Below the pieces are notes generated by a model. It was not told where the DNA came from. It worked only from the letters and a program-made list of their open reading frames with translations, and made no database searches. DNA of 64,000 nucleotides, taken from positions 1,152,001 through 1,216,000 of the forward strand of contig CAVUDW010000003.1 of NCBI GenBank assembly GCA_963740355.1, in the 5' to 3' direction. The translations under genes and the position numbers were made by a program. Every line of letters begins with the position of its first letter. The first letter of the stretch is position 1. This document shows positions 49,073 to 56,535 of this stretch, one piece after another. This stretch comes from an uncultured Gemmatimonadaceae bacterium (GTDB lineage: Bacteria; Gemmatimonadota; Gemmatimonadetes; Gemmatimonadales; Gemmatimonadaceae).

Positions 49073-49111
49073 CACACGGGGGATGCGCCATGTCGGTGCA
49101 TCCCCCGTGTG
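49073..49111. terminator. Hairpin between convergent genes
   Basis: CACACGGGGGATGC / GCATCCCCCGTGTG. Confidence 0.7.
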
Positions 49112-49175
49112 TCTTGTGCGTTGGTTCCTTCACTCGTGCGCCGCCCGACGCCAGACTGCGCGCCGAGCGAGTGGC

Positions 49176-49646
49176 TCAGTTACGAACCGTCCAGCGGAAG
49201 CCAGACGTCGCGTCGCCAGTGACCGGGCCCCATGACGAGTAGCTGCCATCGGTGAACACGGCGCGCGCATACAAGCGATGATCGCCAGCGCCGTAGTAGC
49301 CGCAGGCATCGCCCCACGGCGACACGGTGCCGACGAAGTTGCCGTCGACGTAGATCTTCACATACAGGTCAACGCGGCTGTCGATGCAGATCTGGCCCGG
49401 CTCGACGGCTGATGCGCCGCGCGTGCTCTTGCCAGCGGGTTCCGGCGTGGCCGGCTTGTTGAGCGCGTTCGGCGCGTCGTCCTTGCGGACGTTGGCATCG
49501 GCGCTGCCGCCGCGGCTCTTGGTGCTGTTGGAGGTGGCGCCAGCCTGGCGCTTGGCGGCCTGTGCCTGCACGTCAGTGGCAACGAACATCGTTGCTGCGA
49601 CGAGGCCAAGTCCGAGGAGAGCGGCACGAATCGTGGGAGTACGCAT
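49176..49646 (-). CDS. Small secreted protein: polar linker + ~75-aa two-Cys beta domain
   Basis: Signal peptide ...VQAQ; linker with SRGG and STRG; C-terminal ICID..VKIYVDG.FVG.V..WG..C. Confidence 0.75.
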   Translation of the reverse strand: MRTPTIRAALLGLGLVAATMFVATDVQAQAAKRQAGATSNSTKSRGGSADANVRKDDAPNALNKPATPEPAGKSTRGASAVEPGQICIDSRVDLYVKIYVDGNFVGTVSPWGDACGYYGAGDHRLYARAVFTDGSYSSWGPVTGDATSGFRWTVRN

Positions 49647-49863
49647 GGTTCGGTTCACCGTCAAAGTGAGGAGGAGTCTGGCAGCCCTGGGTAGGAGCTG
49701 CGCAATGATCTGACGCGGGGCACGACATTGTCAAGCAAACAAACGACATCCAGCTCCAGCGACCGCAGGCACTGCAACCAACACGTCACGAGCACACTTC
49801 AGGAACAGGCTGCAACAAGGACGTTCAACACCGGCTTCCATCACGTCAGACACGCCGAGACGC

Positions 49864-51309
49864 TCAGCTTGTCCATGCCGCCTGGGTCCGCCCAACCAGC
49901 ACCGAGAACCGATGGTCGGAGCGCAATCCATCCCACCGCGGGTCCACCAGCAGTTCGACGGTCCACGGCGCACGCTGCTCGATCGCGGCGGCAATCGCCC
50001 GCAGCGCGCGGCTCTGCGCTGCGGGTGAAAGCGATTTCGCTGTCCCATGCGCTACCGCCACCTGACCCGCCGCGAGGATCACCGGATCCACCACTCCTTT
50101 CGCACGCTCCGCCACACTGACCAGCGATGCGAGGTCGAAAGCGCGGGTGAGCAAAAGTGCCATCGTCAGTGAGCGGAGCGCCGAGAGGTCCATAGCGACG
50201 TCATCGAACCAGGCGCGCACCGCCAGACTGCGTGCCTCGGCGGCGCGACCGAGTGCTGCCAGTGCCCGGGCCCGATACGGCAGCACCGCAGCCGCATACG
50301 GCGCGTGGTGCGTCACGCCGAGGGCGCCGATCGGATCGCGATCTGCCAGCAGGCGCCAGCGACACTGCAGGGCAACCAGACGCGCATCGTCATGCGCCAC
50401 CTGCTGCTCGGCGCGTTCCCAGCACCGTTGCACCAGCGGATCGTCTGGCTCGGGCGCATGATCCGCCACCTCGGCCCGATCCAGCAGCGCGTGCAGCACC
50501 CGCAGTGAGCGATCGGCACCTTCGCTGAGCGGAAGTTCTTCGAGCAGCTCCAGATCGAAGGCGTCGCGCGCCGTGACTTCATCCTCAGCCACCAGCGCGT
50601 TGTCGCGCACACCGCAGACCGCCTGGGCAAATGCGATCGCGGAGCTGAAGCGAGCCTCCTGATTGCCGCCCAGCGCCCGGTGCAGCAGCAGTGTCAGTTC
50701 GTCGGGAATCTCCCCAGGCATCGGCGAGCCAACGCGCCACGGCGTGCCTGTCAGCGACTCGAAAAGTGTGCAGGCCAATGCGAAGACATCCGCCGACACT
50801 GCGCGTCGTCCCGCTGCATCGTCGAGCACTCGGCCGGTGCGCTGAAAGCCACCAAGCACCGGCTGCTGATCGATGAACGCGATAGACGCCGCCGAAATCG
50901 ACCCATGGACGATGCCGATGCTATGCGCGAAATGCAGCAGGTCTGCTATCGCGATTGCGTTCGCAACCGCAGACTCCACCGGCATCTTGCCATCGCGTTG
51001 AATTGCGTCGGCAAGCGACACCTCGATCCACGGCGTGACCATGTAGAGCCAACCGGCCGCGCGTCCCGAGTCGAGCAGCGGAAGCACTGCGGACTGGTGC
51101 GCGAGGCTCTCCAGCGCACCGATCTCGCGCGCCAGGCTGGCCGTGGCCATGCCGTCGGCGGCGCACTCGACCGCCGCAATGCAGACCGACGCACCGGAGG
51201 ACACATCCAGTGCCTGGACGACCTGCCGCGGGCCCACGCTGGTCCAGGGACCTGCGGGCTGCCAAGCGGCTGTCAGCGCGGATTCGAGCGAGGAAAGGAT
51301 CTCAGACAC
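49864..51309 (-). CDS. Ser/Thr pseudokinase with helical/TPR-like C-terminus
   Basis: Kinase scaffold (REI.AL..L.H..V.PLLDSG, L.FAH..GIVH, ADVFALAC.LFE.LTG) without catalytic motifs; C-terminal DPRWDGLRSD.RF. Confidence 0.75.
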   Translation of the reverse strand: MSEILSSLESALTAAWQPAGPWTSVGPRQVVQALDVSSGASVCIAAVECAADGMATASLAREIGALESLAHQSAVLPLLDSGRAAGWLYMVTPWIEVSLADAIQRDGKMPVESAVANAIAIADLLHFAHSIGIVHGSISAASIAFIDQQPVLGGFQRTGRVLDDAAGRRAVSADVFALACTLFESLTGTPWRVGSPMPGEIPDELTLLLHRALGGNQEARFSSAIAFAQAVCGVRDNALVAEDEVTARDAFDLELLEELPLSEGADRSLRVLHALLDRAEVADHAPEPDDPLVQRCWERAEQQVAHDDARLVALQCRWRLLADRDPIGALGVTHHAPYAAAVLPYRARALAALGRAAEARSLAVRAWFDDVAMDLSALRSLTMALLLTRAFDLASLVSVAERAKGVVDPVILAAGQVAVAHGTAKSLSPAAQSRALRAIAAAIEQRAPWTVELLVDPRWDGLRSDHRFSVLVGRTQAAWTS

Positions 51310-51494
51310 GGCGTCGTCAGTTGAGGCGGCGGGGAGGCACAGATGCGGTCGCTCTCCCGATAGACACGCTATTCGCTGTTGTTGTCCGTGCCATCACCCA
51401 AAGGGGTGAGCACCTCCGGTCGCAGCGCGTGGCCAGACTCACCGACAGGTGTCATTCTTGTGCTGTCACACACTCCTCGCACACTTCCCGACCC

Positions 51495-52385
51495 ATGCCA
51501 GACTCCTCCGCCGCCATCACGCTCCTCACCAGTCGCGCGCTGGATGGTGAGCTGACAGCCGCGGAATCCGCTCAACTGTCCGAGGCCCGCGCCGCGTCCG
51601 CCCGCGTCGATGCAGTGGCGCGCAAGGTGGAGGCAGCGCACGGTCAGATGGCACACCTTCGCGACGTTGCATCGCGTGCGGCTACCGTACCTGCCGAGTG
51701 GGCGGAAAACCTGTTCGTCACGCTGCGTGCGCAGTTCACCGCGCCACGAAAGATTCGCTACGTCGGCGGAGAAGTCACTGCGCGCGAGGCCACGCATGCC
51801 GAGGATCTGGATCTGGCGCAGGCCGCTCTCGCCGGCGAGGAGCACGCACAGCGAGAGATCTACTTCGGCCATATCGCGCTGGTGCAATACCTGTTGCAGT
51901 CACGTCGACTGGCTGCGTATCGCGATGACATTGCGCAGGACATCTTCTTCCGTGTCTTCAGCCGCCTGCACACCTATCGGGGCGACTCATCGCTCAAGAC
52001 GTGGATTCATCGCGTCGCGATCAATCACATCAACAACGTGCTCACCCGTGAGATGCCGAAGCGGGCGAAGGAGTTGAGTGAGTCACAGCTCGAGACGCCC
52101 GAGGGGAGCGTGAGCGTGATCGACGCGGCGGTGGACCCCGACGCGTTGCAGGACTCGCGGCTCGAAGGTGCCGAGCGGCGTGCGATCGTGAATGCGGCGC
52201 TGTCGCGGCTTCCGAGCGCGGCGCGGGCCGTGGTCGAAATGAAGGAGATCGACGGCTTGACCTGCGAGGAGATCGCCGAAGTGCTGGCGGTGCCGATGGG
52301 CACCGTGCAGTCTCGCCTGGCCCGGGGGCGGGCGAAGCTGGCGGAATTCCTGGTGGCGGACTCACGCACGATCAGCGCACGATGA
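51495..52385 (+). CDS. ECF sigma-70 factor with N-terminal anti-sigma-like extension
   Basis: Region 2 DIAQDIFFRVF...YRGDSSLKTWIHRVAIN; region 4 GLTCEEIAEVL.VP.GTVQSRL.RGR. Confidence 0.88.
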   Translation: MPDSSAAITLLTSRALDGELTAAESAQLSEARAASARVDAVARKVEAAHGQMAHLRDVASRAATVPAEWAENLFVTLRAQFTAPRKIRYVGGEVTAREATHAEDLDLAQAALAGEEHAQREIYFGHIALVQYLLQSRRLAAYRDDIAQDIFFRVFSRLHTYRGDSSLKTWIHRVAINHINNVLTREMPKRAKELSESQLETPEGSVSVIDAAVDPDALQDSRLEGAERRAIVNAALSRLPSAARAVVEMKEIDGLTCEEIAEVLAVPMGTVQSRLARGRAKLAEFLVADSRTISAR

Positions 52386-52609
52386 TGGATCCGGTCTGCC
52401 GTTGTATGAGACTTGCGAGGGTTGATCAGCGCCTCATTGCCATAGCAAGCTCTACCATAGAAGTGGGCAACCTTTTCGGCTCGAGGAACGACACAACCAG
52501 GGGCCTGCTCGCGTAGGTCCTCGCGAGGCGGCGATTCCGCGCCTCCCAGAGCCCGCGATTCGGTTCCCCGAGTCGTCCGGTCCCGAGGCGTCCCGCACTC
52601 CGCACTGCC

Positions 52610-54534
52610 ATGCGCATCACGATCACGAAGCGACGTGCCCTGGTGCTGCTCGGCCTGACCACCGTCCTGCCGATGATCCTCTTCTACCCGTTCTACGGCC
52701 ATGCGCCGTGTCGGGTCGGGGCGCGAGTGGTGAAGCTCAAGAACGGCACCGAACTGCTGGATGCAAATGGGCAGCGGCTTGGCTACATGGACCCCACGCG
52801 CGACCGCTACATCACGCTCGCCGCGCTGCCGAAACATGTCCCGATTGCGTTCACCGCCGTCGAGGATCGCCGACTGAATTCGTGGTACCATCGCGGTGTC
52901 GATCCGGTGGGCACCGTCGCCGCGGCATTCAACAACCTGAAGCCGGGCGACGGGCAGCGTCGTGGCGCAAGCACGATCCCGATGCAGCTCGCGCGCGCCT
53001 TGTGCGCTGATCGCATGCCGCTCGATCACAGCTGGACCGGCAAACTCGCTGAAGCTGGGCTGGGGATGTACCTGACCACGCGATTCGGCAAGCGCCAGGT
53101 GCTGGAGCTGTACCTGAACAGCGTATATCTCGGTCGCAATCGCAACGGCATCGACGCGGCGGCGCGCTCGTACTACGGCAAGTCGGCAACGGCGCTGACG
53201 CCGGCCGACGCGGCGGAACTGGCGCACCTCGTTGCCAATCCGCGCGATCGCGATCCTGCGCAGAACGATGTCGACACCCGTCGCGCGGCGATCAATGGCG
53301 TGTTCGAGCGGATGAAGAAACTCGATGCCACGTTCACGATCACGAAGAAGCGGCTGGTGCCGTCCCGCACGCGCATCGCCGCCGCAACGCCGGTCATGTA
53401 TCGCGGCTACATCTCGCGTGTGCACGACGGCTTCGCGACCTGCCAGCCGTCGGTGACCTGTCCGACCAGTGTGCGCACCTTTCTCGATGCCGGCCTGCAG
53501 AAATCCGCCGAGCGCGAGCTGACGGCGCTGGTGAAGCGACTGCAGGGGCCAGATCGCAAGCGGGCCAGGAGCGACACGTCACCACGCGACGTGAAGTGGC
53601 CGGCATCTTCGTCGCGATGCGTGTGTCGACCGGGGAAGTGGTGAGCTACACCGGCCGGCATGGTCGCACGCTGGCGGGTGCCGACCTGCTGCGTATCGGG
53701 CGGATCCAACCCGCCAGCACGTTGAAGCCGATCCTGCTCGCGACTGCGATCGATGATGGCAATGTCTACACCGACGAGACACTCGGCGAGTTGATGGACA
53801 GTCACTGTCGCGATCCGAAGGTGCACGAATACCTGGCCACGCTGAGCGGCGCGGATGCACCGGAACGCACGCTGGCCGAAGCGCTCTACCGAAGTGACAA
53901 CGTGCTGGGCGCCTGCCTGATGGCGGGGCTGAGCCCACAGGCACGACAGCGGCTGGTGTCGGCCGGCCTGCTGCGCACCGTGAACGCCACGCCGGCGGAT
54001 GGGTTGGGGCTGCAGACCGTGGCGCCACTCGACTTGTTGACGGCATACGCCGCGCTGCGCACACGTGATCGGGCGTTGCTGCCACGCTTCAGCGGATACG
54101 ACCCCGCTGGAATTGCGGCGCCGCTGATGTCGCCGATGTCGGCCGAGATGACGTATTCGCTGCTGCAGGGTGTGGTGCAGCAAGGCACCGCGTGGCGTGC
54201 GGCGAGCGTGTTGAACGACGACTACGCGCTGGCGGGCAAGACGGGCACGGCGGGGCGCGGTCGCGAGCTGGTGTTCGTTGGTTTTGCGCGCGACCTGGTG
54301 GCGTTGCTGTGGGTCGGCGTCGTCTCGGGCAATGGTGCGGTGTCACCGCAGCATGCGTCGGACGTGGTGGTGGAGCCGTGGGCGCGGATTCTGCGGGCGT
54401 ATGCGCCGCGCGAGGACGAGATGGAGATGGGGCCGCAGGAGGATGAGGCGCCGAGCAACATCGAGATCAACGCGGAAGAGATGCGGCGGTGGATCGCGAA
54501 GCTGGCGCGGCGGGTGGAGCGGCAGACGTTGTGA
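52610..54534 (+). CDS. Class A penicillin-binding protein (transglycosylase/transpeptidase); frameshift ~53595
   Basis: AVEDRR, HRGVD, GASTI.MQLAR, LELYLN.VYLG; second frame STLK (SxxK), SDN, KTG. Confidence 0.85.
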
Positions 54535-54539
54535 TGCGC

Positions 54540-54778
54540 GATCGAGGGGTCAGAGATCTTGGTCGGTGGATTCTGGCCGTAAGCTCTTGGTGGGCAAGGG
54601 TTTACGCTCGGATCAAGGGGTCAGAGATCTTGGTCGGTGGATTCTGGCCGTAAGCTCTTAGCGGGCAAGGGTTTAGTCTCGGATCAAGGGGTCAGAGATC
54701 TTGATCGGAAGATTTTGGCCTTAAGTTCTTGATGGGCAAGGGTTTAGTCTCGGATCAAGGGGTCAGAGATCTTGGTCG
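54540..54778 (+). repeat. Tandem repeat, 71-bp unit, ~3.4 copies
   Basis: GATCRAGGGGTCAGAGATCTTG starts at 54540, 54611, 54682 and 54753. Confidence 0.9.
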
Positions 54779-54797
54779 AGACCTCGGCAGGGTACGG

Positions 54798-55682
54798 CTA
54801 CCCGTCCGCCCGCTTGATCTGCACCAGCCGCTCTTTCGCCAGCCGTCGACCGGTTGGCGTCGCCGCCAATCCACCGCCGGCGGTTTCGCGATAGCGCACA
54901 TCCATCGCCTTCCCGATCTCGCCCATGGTGTCGATCACTTCGTCGACCGGAATCGCGAAGGTGATGCCGGCCATGGCCATCTCGATCGCCGCCAGTGCAA
55001 TGGCGGCGCCGGTGGCGTTGCGGAAGACGCACGGCAGTTCGACGAGGCCGCCGAGCGGATCACAGACCAGTCCCAGTGTGCCTTGCTGCGCAAGCGCGGC
55101 AGCGTGACCGCACTGGGCCGGCGTGCCACCAAGCATTTCGACCGCGGCACCGGCCGCCATACCGGCGGCAGCACCTGTCTCCGCCTGGCACCCGCCTTCA
55201 GCACCACTCAGCGACGCACGTTCCGCGACGACGGCGCCGATCAACCCAGCGGTGGCCAGCGCGTCGATCACTTTGTCGTCGGGGATGTTTTTCGCCAGTG
55301 CAAGACCGGTGAGCACCGCCGGCAACACACCCGCGCCGCCTGCAGTCGGTGCCGCGACGATCACTCCCATGGCGGCATTCACTTCCTGCACCGCCAGCGC
55401 ACGCATCAGCACATCGCGGAACAGCGTGCCAGCCAACGGACCTGCAGGTCCGTTGATCAACTTTGCCGCATCACCGCCGACGAGGCCCGACGCTGATCGG
55501 AGGTCGGGATCCTGCCCCTGCGTGATGGCGCCGCGCATGATGGTGAGCGCGCGCGACAATGCATTGCGGATATCGGCGATCGAGCGGCCGCCGTCCGCCG
55601 ACTCGGCTTCGAGGGCGACGGTCGACAGCGACACACCGCGTGTTTCTGCGTCCTTGATGGCTTCGGCCAGGGAGCGATACAT
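54798..55682 (-). CDS. sdaAA: L-serine ammonia-lyase, Fe-S dependent, alpha subunit
   Basis: EVNAAMG.IVAAPTAG, SGAEGGCQAE, GLVCDP..GLVE.PC, YRETA.GGLA. Confidence 0.95.
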   Translation of the reverse strand: MYRSLAEAIKDAETRGVSLSTVALEAESADGGRSIADIRNALSRALTIMRGAITQGQDPDLRSASGLVGGDAAKLINGPAGPLAGTLFRDVLMRALAVQEVNAAMGVIVAAPTAGGAGVLPAVLTGLALAKNIPDDKVIDALATAGLIGAVVAERASLSGAEGGCQAETGAAAGMAAGAAVEMLGGTPAQCGHAAALAQQGTLGLVCDPLGGLVELPCVFRNATGAAIALAAIEMAMAGITFAIPVDEVIDTMGEIGKAMDVRYRETAGGGLAATPTGRRLAKERLVQIKRADG

Positions 55683-55683
55683 G

Positions 55684-56361
55684 TCAGGCCGCCCCCACCT
55701 TGTCGAGTCGGAACGCCCAGCGAACCCATGGCAATGCACGAATCGTGTCGCGCACTTCCTCGCCCGGTTGTTCGTCGATCTCGATCACCATGAACGCGTC
55801 ACCACCCCGCTGTTTCCGCGTCAGGCGGAGCGTCGCGATATTCAACTCAGCCTCGGCCAGCATGGTCGCGATGGCGGCGACACTGCCCTTCACATCTTCG
55901 GCCACCAGCACGATGGTGTGCAGGTTGCCGGTGACTTCGACAGGGTAGCCGTCGATTTCCGTGACCAACACGCGACCGGCGCCGAGTGACGATCCCTGCA
56001 TCACCGCGGTGCGGTTGTTACGCGTGACTGTGATGCGCACGGTGTTCGGGTGCACCGTGCTGTCTTCGCCGAGGGTCGTCTTCTCGAAGGTGTAGTCGAG
56101 GCCTTCACGCTCCATGATGTCGAGCGCGGTGCGGAGGCGTTCGTCGTCGGGCTTGAAGCCCATCAGGCCCCCGACGATGGCCTTGTCGGTGCCGTGGCCT
56201 TCACCGGTGCGGGCGAAGGAGCCATGGAGTTCGATACGCGCCGACTGCGGCGTCCCACCCACGAGGCAGCGGGCGAGGAGCCCGAGGCGGCAGGCGCCGG
56301 CCGTGTGCGAGGACGAGGGGCCGACCATGACGGGCCCGATGATGTCGAGGAGAGAGACCAT
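55684..56361 (-). CDS. sdaAB: L-serine ammonia-lyase beta subunit (with ACT domain)
   Basis: IIGPVMVGPSSSHTAGA, GSFARTG.GHGTD, HPNT. Confidence 0.95.
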   Translation of the reverse strand: MVSLLDIIGPVMVGPSSSHTAGACRLGLLARCLVGGTPQSARIELHGSFARTGEGHGTDKAIVGGLMGFKPDDERLRTALDIMEREGLDYTFEKTTLGEDSTVHPNTVRITVTRNNRTAVMQGSSLGAGRVLVTEIDGYPVEVTGNLHTIVLVAEDVKGSVAAIATMLAEAELNIATLRLTRKQRGGDAFMVIEIDEQPGEEVRDTIRALPWVRWAFRLDKVGAA

Positions 56362-56535
56362 GGGGAAAAGCTATGCCGGTGCGCACCACGCGGTCACGGT
56401 GTAACGTCGCCTGATGACGCTGGTGTGACAGGGGAGCGCAGGTTGTTGGTGGGGTCTGGCGGCGCAGCCTGACCAGGAGGGTGCGGGAGGCTTCGGAGCC
56501 GAGCCGGTGGCCGGCACCATCCCGGGGGACGGCAA

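Noticed and set aside
38031..52385. CBASS/Pycsar-type anti-phage system (cyclase + caspase effectors)
   Set aside because: The cyclase is a membrane CHASE2 receptor type, the caspases have signal peptides, and no SAVED/CARF/TIR or CD-NTase motifs are seen; a defence role is not excluded but not supported
54540..54778. Possible CRISPR array (71-bp periodicity)
   Set aside because: The would-be spacers are near-identical to each other and no cas genes are in the window; it is a tandem repeat
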